In this document: positions 45,230 through 56,278 of the stretch, piece by piece
Layout of the letters: each line of letters opens with the position of its first letter
How positions within the stretch are numbered: the first letter of the stretch is position 1
Assembly (NCBI GenBank): GCA_029260905.1
Contig: JAJDCH010000002.1
Coordinates: forward strand, 15,546 to 79,545
Length of the DNA: 64,000 bases
DNA from: Candidatus Levyibacteriota bacterium
GTDB lineage: Bacteria > Patescibacteriota > Microgenomatia > Levybacterales > UBA12049
Direction of reading: 5' to 3'
Translations under genes and position numbers: made by a program
Notes under the pieces: generated by a model
Told to the model about the DNA's origin: nothing
The model's database searches: none
The model's input: the letters and a program-made list of their open reading frames with translations, nothing else

Positions 45230-48200
45230 ATGGATAATAATAAAACAAAGAATAAAAATTTATTAAAAGATTTGAACATCTCAGATTTTAAATCACTAAA
45301 GCTTTTGCTTGCAAAGCCCGAGGACATAATGGATTGGTCATATGGCGAGGTAACAAAGCCTGAGACGATAAATTATCGAACACTTAGACCTGAAAAAGAT
45401 GGACTTTTTGATGAGAGAATATTTGGTCCTACGAAAGATTGGGAGTGTTATTGTGGAAAATACAAGAGAATTAGATATCGAGGAATTGTTTGTGATAAGT
45501 GTGGGGTTGAGGTTACTCTCTCAAGAGTGAGGCGAGAAAGGCTTGGACATATTAGTCTTGCATGTCCAGTTGCGCATGTCTGGTTCTTTAAGGGCGCATC
45601 CAGTGCTTTAGCTCTTATTCTTGATGTTCAGCAAAAGAGTCTTGAGTCAATAATTTACTATGCATCATATCTCATAACCAACATTGATGAAAATAAGAAA
45701 AAAGAAGCGCTTGAAGCATTTGTTAAAAATATTGAAGAAAGAAAAGAGGCTTTGAAGAAAAGAATTGAAACCGAAGAAGCTGAAATAGGAAAAGAAGCTG
45801 AAAGCAAGAAAAAAGAAGTAAAGGGAGGCGCGGAACATAAGCAGCTTATCGCTGAAGAGGTTGAGCTTTCAAAGAGACAAAAAGTTGCAAGACTTGCAGA
45901 AACTCTTGACCAGGAGGTAAAAAAACTTGATGAGATATCAGATACATTCATAAAGCTTTTAAAGAGTTTGAGGGTTGGAAGTGTTCTGTCTGAAGACGAA
46001 TACTTTAAATTACTTGAGTATGATACACCGATCTTTTTCTCAATCAAGACAGGTTCTGAAGCACTTCTTGAGGTTGTAAAAAACATTGATCTGTCAGCGC
46101 TTATTGCAAATCTCCGAACTGAAGCAGAAAAATCATCTGGTCAGCGTTACATAAGAGTTGTAAAAAGATTGAGACTTATTGAATCTATGAGAGGGGCTGG
46201 AACATCACCTGCTTCAATGGTCATGTCAGTCTTGCCTGTTATCCCGCCAGATCTTCGTCCAATGGTTCAGCTATCAGGTGGAAGATTTGCAACATCTGAT
46301 CTAAACGATCTATACAGAAGGGTAATAAATAGAAATAATCGTCTTAAGCACCTACTTGTTCTTGGTGCGCCAGAAATAATTTTAAGAAATGAAAAGAGGA
46401 TGCTTCAGGAATCTGTTGATGCTTTGATTGATTCATCACAGAGAAGTTCACAAACAGTTGCATCTAGCCTTCGATCTCTTTCAGATATGCTTCGTGGAAA
46501 ACAGGGTCGTTTCCGTCAGAATCTACTTGGAAAAAGGGTCGACTATTCAGGGCGTTCAGTTATTGTTGTTGGACCTGAGCTTTCTCTTTCGCAATGTGGA
46601 CTTCCAAAGGAGATGGCGCTTGAGGTTTTTAAGCCATTTATTCTTCGTGAGGTAATTATCAGAGGTCTTGCAACCAACATTAAATCAGCAAAGAGATATA
46701 TTGAAAAGAGACCACCTGAAGTCTTTGATATTCTTGAGGAAATTACAAAAGATCATCCAGTTCTTTTGAACCGTGCTCCTACCTTGCACAAGCTTGGTAT
46801 GCAGGCGTTCTATCCTGTTTTGATTGAAGGATCAGCTATTCAGCTTCATCCTTGTGTCTGTTCTGGTTATAATGCTGATTTTGATGGAGATCAGATGGCT
46901 GTTCATATCCCACTTTCCAAAAAAGCGCAAGAAGAGGCAGTAAGACTCATGACACCAGAGCACAATCTTCTTAAGCCTGCAAGTGGCGACCCGATAACTC
47001 TTCCAAACAAAGAAATGGCACTTGGAACTTATTACATCACAACCATAAATGAGGATCTCAGAAAACCAAAAGAAGAAATGGCTTATTTTGAATCATCTGA
47101 TGCAGCTCTTCTTGCTTTTGATTTGGATAAGATTCAGATGAGAGAGCCTGTAAATGTGAGAATAAAGGGTGAATTGATTGAAACAAGTGTTGGTAGGCTT
47201 AAGTTCAATGAACTTCTTTTTGAAGACCTACGATTTGTAAACAAGAGCATAAATGCTGGAGCAATCAAGACAGTTATTGTTAAAGCTATGAAGATGTATT
47301 CATCGTCCGAGGTGGCTGAGCTTATTGATAAGATCAAAAATCTTGGATTTTATGGAGCTACGATTTCGGGAATAAGTGTTAGTGTTTTTGATAATGATAT
47401 TGTCCCAGAAAAAGGCAAAATGGTTGAGGATGCAGAGAAAAAAGTCGCGCTGATTGACAAGGAATATCAAGATGGTTTGATAACAATAACTGAAAAGAAA
47501 AGGCTTTCAAATAATGTTTGGCTTAAAGCAACAGATGAAGTTGCTGATCTTACTTGGAAAGCATTGAAAGCTTCCAACCCTATTAAGCTCAGTATCGACT
47601 CTGGAGGATCACGTGCTGGCCTTGAGCAGCTCAAACAACTTTCAGCTATCCGTGGTCTTATCGTTGACCCGCTTGGAAAGATTGTTGAACTTCCCGTTAA
47701 ATCAAACTTCCGTGAGGGTTTAAGTATTTTTGAATACGTTGCATCAGCAAGGGGTTCAAGAAAAGGTCTGACAGATGGTGCGCTTAAGACAGCAAACGCA
47801 GGTTATTTGACACGTCGTCTTGTAGATGTGGCACATGATGTGATTATAAGAGCTGAAGATTGTGGAACAACTGAGGGAATTGTCATTCAGGAAGGCGAAA
47901 AAGATAGAACGTCAATACTTGTTGATCGTGTGGTTGGACGTGTAGCAGCTGAGAATGTGACATCCAAAAAGAGTAAAAAGGTCCTTCTTAAAGCAGGAGA
48001 AGAGATAAACGAAGATGCAGTAAAATTATTTGAAGAAAATGAAGTAGATGAAGTTGTTGTTCGTTCGCCACTTCTTTGTAAGTTGTCATATGGAATTTGT
48101 AGCGCGTGTTATGGATGGGATTTCTCAACTAAGAAATTGATTGGTGATGGCGTTCCAGTTGGAGTTGTAGCTGCGCAATCAATTGGTGAGCCGGGAACTC

Positions 48201-49030
48201 AGCTTACTATGCGTGTTAAGCATTATGGTGGTGTTGTTATGTCAGATGTGACCCAAGGATTGCCAAGAGTTGAAGAACTTTTTGAAATGAGAACTCCCAA
48301 GAATCTTGCTCCTGTTTCTGAAATTACAGGAAAGGTAAAAATAGATACTAATAATGAAGGACATCTTGTTTATATCAAGAATACAAAGATAAAACCAATA
48401 GAGACACAGGAATATTTTGTTCCTCTCTCAGCTGAGTTACAGATTAAAGATGGTGATGAGGTTAATGCAGGTACACCACTTGCAGCTGGTGACTTGGATC
48501 CAAAAGAAGTTTTGAAGATTGGTGGCGTTTTGATGGCGCAGCGCTATCTTATTACACAGGTTCAAAAAGTGTATGAATCACAAGGAATTATGATAAATGA
48601 CAAACATTTTGAGGTCACAATCAGAAAGATGTCGGATAAGATAATTGTTGAAACAGTAGGTGATACATCGCTCATACCAGGAGATTTTATTACTAAAGCA
48701 AAATTTGAGGAGATTAATGGTGGAGTTCTGGCTGAAGGCGGAGAACCTGCAACAGGAAGGCAAGTGCTTCTTGGTATCACCAAAGCAGCTTTATTCTCTG
48801 ATTCATGGCTATCTGCTGCATCATTCCAGGAGACAACAAAAGTACTTACAGAAGCGGCTCTTGAAGGACGTGTAGATAAATTGATTGGTCTTAAGGAGAA
48901 CGTTATAATAGGACGTCTTATTCCTGTTGCTCCAATGGAAGGTGATGATGCAGATGGTAAAAAAATTGCTACTACTGAAGAATCATCTGAAGAAAAAGTA
49001 GAAGTGGTTGAAGAATCAGTTGCCGCTTAA
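45230..49030 (+). CDS. rpoC: DNA-directed RNA polymerase subunit beta'
   Basis: Zinc-binding CxxC motifs, NADFDGD and the trigger loop region. Confidence 0.95.
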   Translation: MDNNKTKNKNLLKDLNISDFKSLKLLLAKPEDIMDWSYGEVTKPETINYRTLRPEKDGLFDERIFGPTKDWECYCGKYKRIRYRGIVCDKCGVEVTLSRVRRERLGHISLACPVAHVWFFKGASSALALILDVQQKSLESIIYYASYLITNIDENKKKEALEAFVKNIEERKEALKKRIETEEAEIGKEAESKKKEVKGGAEHKQLIAEEVELSKRQKVARLAETLDQEVKKLDEISDTFIKLLKSLRVGSVLSEDEYFKLLEYDTPIFFSIKTGSEALLEVVKNIDLSALIANLRTEAEKSSGQRYIRVVKRLRLIESMRGAGTSPASMVMSVLPVIPPDLRPMVQLSGGRFATSDLNDLYRRVINRNNRLKHLLVLGAPEIILRNEKRMLQESVDALIDSSQRSSQTVASSLRSLSDMLRGKQGRFRQNLLGKRVDYSGRSVIVVGPELSLSQCGLPKEMALEVFKPFILREVIIRGLATNIKSAKRYIEKRPPEVFDILEEITKDHPVLLNRAPTLHKLGMQAFYPVLIEGSAIQLHPCVCSGYNADFDGDQMAVHIPLSKKAQEEAVRLMTPEHNLLKPASGDPITLPNKEMALGTYYITTINEDLRKPKEEMAYFESSDAALLAFDLDKIQMREPVNVRIKGELIETSVGRLKFNELLFEDLRFVNKSINAGAIKTVIVKAMKMYSSSEVAELIDKIKNLGFYGATISGISVSVFDNDIVPEKGKMVEDAEKKVALIDKEYQDGLITITEKKRLSNNVWLKATDEVADLTWKALKASNPIKLSIDSGGSRAGLEQLKQLSAIRGLIVDPLGKIVELPVKSNFREGLSIFEYVASARGSRKGLTDGALKTANAGYLTRRLVDVAHDVIIRAEDCGTTEGIVIQEGEKDRTSILVDRVVGRVAAENVTSKKSKKVLLKAGEEINEDAVKLFEENEVDEVVVRSPLLCKLSYGICSACYGWDFSTKKLIGDGVPVGVVAAQSIGEPGTQLTMRVKHYGGVVMSDVTQGLPRVEELFEMRTPKNLAPVSEITGKVKIDTNNEGHLVYIKNTKIKPIETQEYFVPLSAELQIKDGDEVNAGTPLAAGDLDPKEVLKIGGVLMAQRYLITQVQKVYESQGIMINDKHFEVTIRKMSDKIIVETVGDTSLIPGDFITKAKFEEINGGVLAEGGEPATGRQVLLGITKAALFSDSWLSAASFQETTKVLTEAALEGRVDKLIGLKENVIIGRLIPVAPMEGDDADGKKIATTEESSEEKVEVVEESVAA

Positions 49031-49049
49031 ATGCCTTAATGGTATAATA
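49021..49049 (+). promoter_or_regulatory. Extended -10 promoter (TTGCCG-N17, then TGGTATAAT) for rpsL-rpsG, located within the 3' end of rpoC
   Basis: TGGTATAAT at 49041-49049. Confidence 0.45.
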
Positions 49050-49063
49050 CCAAGACTAAATAT

Positions 49064-49537
49064 ATGCCGACACTATCACAATTATCAAAATCAGGAAGGT
49101 CAAAAAGGATTAAGAAGACCAAGTCAACAGCTCTTAAAACAGTTTTTAATTCAAAAGAGAGACGTTTTAAAGAGTTTAGTTCGCCTCAGAAAAGAGGAGT
49201 GGTTACGCTGGTTAAAACCATGACTCCCAAAAAGCCTAATTCTGCTCTTCGAAAAGTGGCGCGTATCAAGCTTTCAAATAAGACTGAGGTTACAGCATAT
49301 ATTCAAGGAGTTGGTCATACTTTGTCAGAGCACGGAATTGTTTTGGTAAGGGGTGGTCGTGTCAGGGATCTTCCAGGTGTTAAATATCATTTGGTAAGAG
49401 GCAAATTTGATCTTTTGGGAGTTGATGGAAGAAAGACATCAAGAAGTATTTACGGAACTAAGTTGCAAAAAGGCGGAGCAAAGGTTGCGCCAGCAGCTGC
49501 AGCTCCAACTCCTGCGCCTGAAGCGCCAGTCGCCTAA
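49064..49537 (+). CDS. rpsL: 30S ribosomal protein S12, with an internal insertion and an Ala/Pro-rich C-terminal extension
   Basis: [40 protein letters not shown]. Length is 157 aa against a typical 124. Confidence 0.9.
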   Translation: MPTLSQLSKSGRSKRIKKTKSTALKTVFNSKERRFKEFSSPQKRGVVTLVKTMTPKKPNSALRKVARIKLSNKTEVTAYIQGVGHTLSEHGIVLVRGGRVRDLPGVKYHLVRGKFDLLGVDGRKTSRSIYGTKLQKGGAKVAPAAAAPTPAPEAPVA

Positions 49538-49546
49538 ACATAAAAT

Positions 49547-50020
49547 ATGAGACACAAAAAAGTTAAAAAAAGAATAACAAATCCTGATACTATCCATAAT
49601 TCTATGGTTGTTTCAAAGCTGATCAACTACATCATGAAAGATGGTAAAAAGACAGTTGCCCAGAAGCAGGTTTATGGTGCATTTGATGTATTAACAGAAA
49701 AGGGAAAAGACCCACTAAAAGAATTTGATCTCGCGCTTACAAATGTAGGACCAAAAGTAGAAGTAAAGGCAAGACGTGTAGGTGGGGCAAATTATCAAGT
49801 TCCTGTTGAGGTAAGTCCAGCAAGACGAACATCCCTTGCGCTACGTTGGATTATTGAAGCAGCAACCAAAAGACCAAACAAAGAATACCACACTTTTTCT
49901 GAAAAGCTGGCAGCAGAGATAATAGATGCGACGCAAAATCTTGGTGATGCAGTTAGAAAAAGAGAAATAGCCCTCAAGCAAGCAGAAGCCAACCGCGCCT
50001 TCTCCCACTTCAGGTGGTAA
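49547..50020 (+). CDS. rpsG: 30S ribosomal protein S7
   Basis: Typical S7 sequence. The gene follows rpsL. Confidence 0.9.
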   Translation: MRHKKVKKRITNPDTIHNSMVVSKLINYIMKDGKKTVAQKQVYGAFDVLTEKGKDPLKEFDLALTNVGPKVEVKARRVGGANYQVPVEVSPARRTSLALRWIIEAATKRPNKEYHTFSEKLAAEIIDATQNLGDAVRKREIALKQAEANRAFSHFRW

Positions 50021-50037
50021 ATAAAATCTGTTGAGAT

Positions 50038-50301
50038 TTACTCAAATCTGAATAAGTCAGGATTTTTTTGAACTTCGTTTGATTTGAAAATTCCACCGTT
50101 CATACTGAGAAAAACTCCAGGTTCTATGTTGTCAAACGATGCTATTGAAAATCCGAGATTAAACCCCGCATCAGATGCTGAAAAACTAGTTATTGGGATC
50201 ATGGATCCAGTAAAGATAATTTTTTTATCTCCAAAAGAATTCTTGTCAAAAAAATGAGCAGTTTCTTGAAAGAGCTGACAGGTTTTTTGATGCTGTAGCA
50301 T
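50038..50301 (-). pseudogene. L-asparaginase gene remnant, an internal fragment of about 87 aa
   Basis: QETAHFFDKNSFGDKKIIFTGSMIPITSFSASDAGFNLGFSIAS...GVFLSMNGGIF aligns with the asparaginase motifs EETAYFL...[21 protein letters not shown]...GVLVVFNDEIH. The N-terminal TGGTIAG region and the C-terminal half are absent, and the HGTDT motif is degenerate. Confidence 0.45.
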
Positions 50302-50371
50302 GGTGAATTGTTTGGTTTTGAAAAAGTTGGGAGAGCATATTTAAGGGCAAGATAACTTGAATTGTAAAAGC

Positions 50372-51085
50372 TTATTCAAATTCTACCCCGAGGATTTTGT
50401 CACCGATTTCTATTTTGTTAACAACACTCATACCACTTGTTACTATCCCAAAGTTGGTGTATTGGTTATCAAGCCAGTCTGCCTCAGATTTTGTAATGAA
50501 GAACTGTGAGTCATTTGAGACGCGGGCGCCTTGCCCTATCTGCATTTGGCTTGAGGCAGCCATGCCCAAAGATCCCGTGAGAAAGGGCTTGTTGTTTAGC
50601 TCAGTCTGAATTGCATTTCCTCCTGTGCCGTTTGCAAGAGGATCACCGCCTTGGACGACCCAGCCCTCGACTCTATGGAAATTTTTGTTTTTATAGAATC
50701 CTGCTTTTGATTTGTTTATAAAATTAGCAACAGCATTGGGCGCTTCTCTACCAAAAAGAATAATATCTATATCACCTTTACTTGTTTTGATGGTTGCTGA
50801 AACAGACGCATTAAGAGGCCCCTGGATTCCAGTATCTGTAGCGGTCTGTTGCTGAGATGCTTGTTGTTGTTGATCTTGTTGCCCGTTTTTTGCAAATGTT
50901 TGGGATTCAGGAGGAAGTGTGGGGAGGATGCTTCCTGTTAATTTATTTCCAAGTGTGTCTTTTTGAGAAAATAGCAAGATTCCACCCAGGATGACAATGA
51001 CAGAAATAGTTGATATAAGATTGAATTTGTTCATATTGGTTATTTTAGCAAACAAAACGCGTTTTGCGAAGTCCCCTGAAATCAC
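50372..51085 (-). CDS. Cyclophilin-type peptidyl-prolyl cis-trans isomerase with a TM anchor and a Q-rich linker. The probable true start is 51034.
   Basis: FHRVEGWVVQGGDP and the cyclophilin core. The first 17 codons are hydrophilic and are followed by MNKFNLIST..., a signal-anchor sequence. Confidence 0.85.
   Translation of the reverse strand: MISGDFAKRVLFAKITNMNKFNLISTISVIVILGGILLFSQKDTLGNKLTGSILPTLPPESQTFAKNGQQDQQQQASQQQTATDTGIQGPLNASVSATIKTSKGDIDIILFGREAPNAVANFINKSKAGFYKNKNFHRVEGWVVQGGDPLANGTGGNAIQTELNNKPFLTGSLGMAASSQMQIGQGARVSNDSQFFITKSEADWLDNQYTNFGIVTSGMSVVNKIEIGDKILGVEFE
51053..51066. promoter_or_regulatory. 14-bp perfect palindrome CAAAACGCGTTTTG in the divergent lepA / cyclophilin control region
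   Basis: Read directly from the sequence. Confidence 0.3.
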
Positions 51086-51161
51086 ATATTCTCCTACGCC
51101 TTGTTTGGTAGGGCTACGGCGGATCTACAGTTGTAATTGCTAAGCGAGGTGGTATACAATT

Positions 51162-52898
51162 ATGACCATGATTAAACAGGAAAATATTAGGAACTTTGCA
51201 ATCATAGCGCATATTGATCATGGTAAGTCAACACTATCTGATAGGCTTTTGGAAATAACAAAAACAATTGCCAAGGACAAGCTTCAAGAGCAATTTCTTG
51301 ATCAAAACGTGATAAGCCGCAAGCGTGGAATCACTATTAAACTTGCACCAGTCAGGATGAAATACGTCTTGGATGAAAAAGAATATCAGATGAATTTGAT
51401 TGATACGCCAGGACACGTTGATTTTTCCTATGAGGTATCACGTACGCTTGCTGCATGCGAAGGGGCTGTTTTACTCGTTGATGCAACTCAGGGGATTCAA
51501 GCACAAACCGTTGCCCATTTTCAGGTAGCCCAAAAGCTGGGTCTTGTTATGATCCCTGTTCTAAATAAAATTGATCTGCCAAATGCAGACACAGAAAAAG
51601 TAATAAAAGAACTAGAAAAATTTGGGTTTGAAGCAAAAGATATCATCTCGATCTCTGCAAAAACAGGAGAGAACGTAGATGTTCTTCTTGAAAGAGTTAT
51701 TGAAAAAATTCCAGCACCAAAGGGTGATGAGAAAGCACCACTTAGGGCACTTATATTTGATGCAGTTTATGATGAATATAGGGGTGTAATCGCATACGTA
51801 AGAGTAGTAGACGGAAGTATAAGAAAAGGTGAAAAGATTGAGTTTTTTCAAAATAAGCTTAAAGTCGATACTGCAGAAGTTGGGATATTCACGCCTTTTT
51901 TGAAAGAAACAGAAGATCTTGGAGCAGGCGAAATTGGATATATTGTTGGTTCAATAAAAGATATCAGACAGGCAAGGGTTGGTGATACGATAATTGAAGC
52001 AGGGAAAAAAGTTGAACCACTTCCTGGATATGATGTACCACAACCAATGATATTTTTTGGGATGTACCCGAAAATATCAGATGATTACCCAAAGCTCAAG
52101 GAATCGCTAGGCAAGCTTACTCTCAACGATACATCTCTTACCTATACTGATGAGTATTCAGCTTATCTCGGATCAGGATTTAGAGTTGGATTTTTAGGAC
52201 TTCTCCATGCTGATATTGTAAAGGACAGACTCAAGCAGGAGTTTGAATTGGACCTTCTTCTTACCATGCCTCAGGTTCTCTATGAAACACGGGGTGAGGA
52301 TATCTATGAACCGTATATGTTTCTAAGCGTATATGTTCCAGAAGAATATGTTGGAAATACTATGACTGTTTGTCAAAAGAAAAAAGGACAAATGATAGAC
52401 ATTAAATACCATGAAGGATTCGCAGTTCTTTCATATGAGATGCCTTATTCTATGTTCATAAGAGGCTTGTCAGGCGATCTTAAGTCAGTAACAGCAGGTT
52501 ATGGAAGCCTTGATTATATATTGACTGAGTATAAAAAGGCAGATCTAGTAAAGCTTGAAATATTTATCAATTCAAATTCGATTGATGTTTTATCAGAGCT
52601 TGTCTACAAAGACGAAGCAGTTTATGTGGCAAGAGAAAAAGCAGAAAAGCTGAAGGAGTCGCTTGATAGGCAACAGTTTCGTCAGATCATCCAAGCAGTG
52701 ATAAATGGTAACATTGTTGCAAGAGAGGAGATAGCTCCTTTTAGAAAGGATGTCACAGCCAAATTGTATGGTGGTGATAGGACAAGAAAGGACAAGCTTC
52801 TAGATAAGCAGAAGAAGGGTAAAAAGAAAATGATTTCAACTGGAAAGGTGTCTCTTCCACAAAGCGCTCTTTTTTCCATGATAAGTGATAGTAAGTAG
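51162..52898 (+). CDS. lepA: Elongation factor 4 (LepA)
   Basis: G domain (AIIAHIDHGKSTL, DTPGHVDF) and the LepA C-terminal domain. Confidence 0.95.
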   Translation: MTMIKQENIRNFAIIAHIDHGKSTLSDRLLEITKTIAKDKLQEQFLDQNVISRKRGITIKLAPVRMKYVLDEKEYQMNLIDTPGHVDFSYEVSRTLAACEGAVLLVDATQGIQAQTVAHFQVAQKLGLVMIPVLNKIDLPNADTEKVIKELEKFGFEAKDIISISAKTGENVDVLLERVIEKIPAPKGDEKAPLRALIFDAVYDEYRGVIAYVRVVDGSIRKGEKIEFFQNKLKVDTAEVGIFTPFLKETEDLGAGEIGYIVGSIKDIRQARVGDTIIEAGKKVEPLPGYDVPQPMIFFGMYPKISDDYPKLKESLGKLTLNDTSLTYTDEYSAYLGSGFRVGFLGLLHADIVKDRLKQEFELDLLLTMPQVLYETRGEDIYEPYMFLSVYVPEEYVGNTMTVCQKKKGQMIDIKYHEGFAVLSYEMPYSMFIRGLSGDLKSVTAGYGSLDYILTEYKKADLVKLEIFINSNSIDVLSELVYKDEAVYVAREKAEKLKESLDRQQFRQIIQAVINGNIVAREEIAPFRKDVTAKLYGGDRTRKDKLLDKQKKGKKKMISTGKVSLPQSALFSMISDSK

Positions 52899-52899
52899 T

Positions 52900-54063
52900 T
52901 TAGAGGAAGAGGAAGATGAATGCGCCTCCGAGCATAAGAACCAATGATACAATTCCTACACCCAGTGCAACTTCTGCTGATCCTGTTGGCTCAAGCGTTG
53001 GTATAGGTGTAGGAGCAGTTACTCCGCCACCAGTTGAGCCACCACCGCCACCAGTTGAGCCACTATCCCCATTTACAGTAACAGTCCCTTTACATAGATC
53101 AGATGGAGCGCTTACTCCTCCTCGTTCATCATATATAACAGCGCTTACGTTGAATGTTCCAGCATTATTGTAGGTGTAGGATGCTGGTGCATTTACAGAT
53201 GCTGTTCCTATTCCGCCGCCAGATGAGACATCAGTTGTCCCACCGTCACCAAAGTTGAATGTTACTTTATTAATAGTTCCATCTGTGTCACTACCTGCAA
53301 CAGTAAATGTAACTGAGAATGGTAAATCTCCAACTGGATCCCTGTCAACACTTAAGCTGTCACAAACAGGAAGCTCGTTTGGAATTTCAGGTCCAGGAGT
53401 TGAATCAGGATCTGGCGTAGCAGTTGGAGATGGAATTTTGGTTGGAGCTGGAGTGCCAGTCGGAATTGCTGTGTCCTGGACTCCGATTGCAATGTATGCT
53501 GGATTTGATGATGATAGAACGTTCTCTGCAAATTCACTATTACCATCAATTGATGAAACAGTTGTAGTAATACCATATGAAACCTGCGTTGGTGTTGTTG
53601 CGTCGGTGTTGCTGAGTGCAGTAAATGTAACCTTTCCAGCACTTGTTGGTATTTGTTGGATTGCCTTTGTTGGGTCTGATCCAACTGAGAGGGCGACTGA
53701 AATTTTGCCAGGTTCATATACAGGACCTTCTGTAATTGTCGGGAATGCGCTTGTGTTTACTACAAACGCACCGTTTTCTGCTGATAATTTTTCGGGATCA
53801 TAACTAATTTCAAGTTTTACAAAAGAAACAAGGTTTTCTCCGGGATCGACAACAACATCAAGAGTTACCTGTTTATCAATATCTGTTTTTATTGGTGCGC
53901 TTGCTGAAGAATCGGGTTTGTAGAGAAGGTTTGTGGATGGGTTAGCTCTTGATCTAGTATCTGTGGTTGTGCCCACAAGATAGATGGTTAGCGGTATTCC
54001 AATTAGAAGTACGGCAAGAAGTCCAAACAAGAGAATTTTTTTACCGCTTATTTTTTGTTTCAT
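52900..54063 (-). CDS. Surface protein with an N-terminal anchor/signal, a T/P-rich linker, a PKD-like domain, and a C-terminal LEPTG motif followed by a hydrophobic tail
   Basis: PFSVTFTVAGSDTDGTINKVTFNFGDGG (PKD-like). The C-terminus is ...TLEPTGSAEVALGVGIVSLVLMLGGAFIFLFL. Confidence 0.6.
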   Translation of the reverse strand: MKQKISGKKILLFGLLAVLLIGIPLTIYLVGTTTDTRSRANPSTNLLYKPDSSASAPIKTDIDKQVTLDVVVDPGENLVSFVKLEISYDPEKLSAENGAFVVNTSAFPTITEGPVYEPGKISVALSVGSDPTKAIQQIPTSAGKVTFTALSNTDATTPTQVSYGITTTVSSIDGNSEFAENVLSSSNPAYIAIGVQDTAIPTGTPAPTKIPSPTATPDPDSTPGPEIPNELPVCDSLSVDRDPVGDLPFSVTFTVAGSDTDGTINKVTFNFGDGGTTDVSSGGGIGTASVNAPASYTYNNAGTFNVSAVIYDERGGVSAPSDLCKGTVTVNGDSGSTGGGGGSTGGGVTAPTPIPTLEPTGSAEVALGVGIVSLVLMLGGAFIFLFL

Positions 54064-54177
54064 AAATTTATTTTATTCAATTGAGAAGTGCCGAGATAAT
54101 CCTCGTATTTTTATCGTATACTAATAAAAAAGCCTCTGTCAAGCGGTAATTAAAATTCACTGAAATATTATAAGATA

Positions 54178-54206
54178 TTGACACATCTGGAAGTCTGTTG
54201 TATAAA
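54178..54206 (+). promoter_or_regulatory. Sigma70-type promoter TTGACA-N17-TATAAA upstream of groES
   Basis: Hexamers at 54178-54183 and 54201-54206, with an exact 17-nt spacer. Confidence 0.55.
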
Positions 54207-54233
54207 TTAGCATACAGATTGATCAAGTGATAA
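54207..54233 (+). promoter_or_regulatory. CIRCE-like HrcA operator TTAGCATAC-N9-AAGTGATAA immediately downstream of the groES -10
   Basis: Matches 7/9 in each half against TTAGCACTC-N9-GAGTGCTAA, with a 9-nt spacer. Its position after the -10 is classical, and hrcA is present in the same window. Confidence 0.5.
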
Positions 54234-54261
54234 AACTTGGTTGGTCTATATTTTTTGACTT

Positions 54262-54558
54262 ATGGCAAATAAAAAAATAAAACCACTTTTTGATAATATA
54301 CTAGTTAAGCCAGTTCAAGCCGAAACTAGAACATCAGGAGGTATATATCTTCCAGAAACAGCTAAAGAAAAACCACAAATTGGTGAGGTGATTGCAATAG
54401 GTGATGGTGCTAGAGATAATGCAGGAAAGCTTATTCCAATGGTTGTGAAGATAGGTCAGAAAGTAATGTATGCCAAATGGGGTGGAAGTGAAGTTAAGGT
54501 AGATAACGAAGAATGGAAATTGGTGAAGCAGACAGATATACTTGCAATTGTTGAGTAG
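54262..54558 (+). CDS. groES: Co-chaperonin GroES
   Basis: 98 aa with the typical GroES sequence. An SD is present. Confidence 0.95.
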   Translation: MANKKIKPLFDNILVKPVQAETRTSGGIYLPETAKEKPQIGEVIAIGDGARDNAGKLIPMVVKIGQKVMYAKWGGSEVKVDNEEWKLVKQTDILAIVE

Positions 54559-54591
54559 ATCTTAAGCACTAAGCACGAAATTCAAAATTAA

Positions 54592-56274
<1,683 letters not shown>

Positions 56275-56278
56275 CTTA

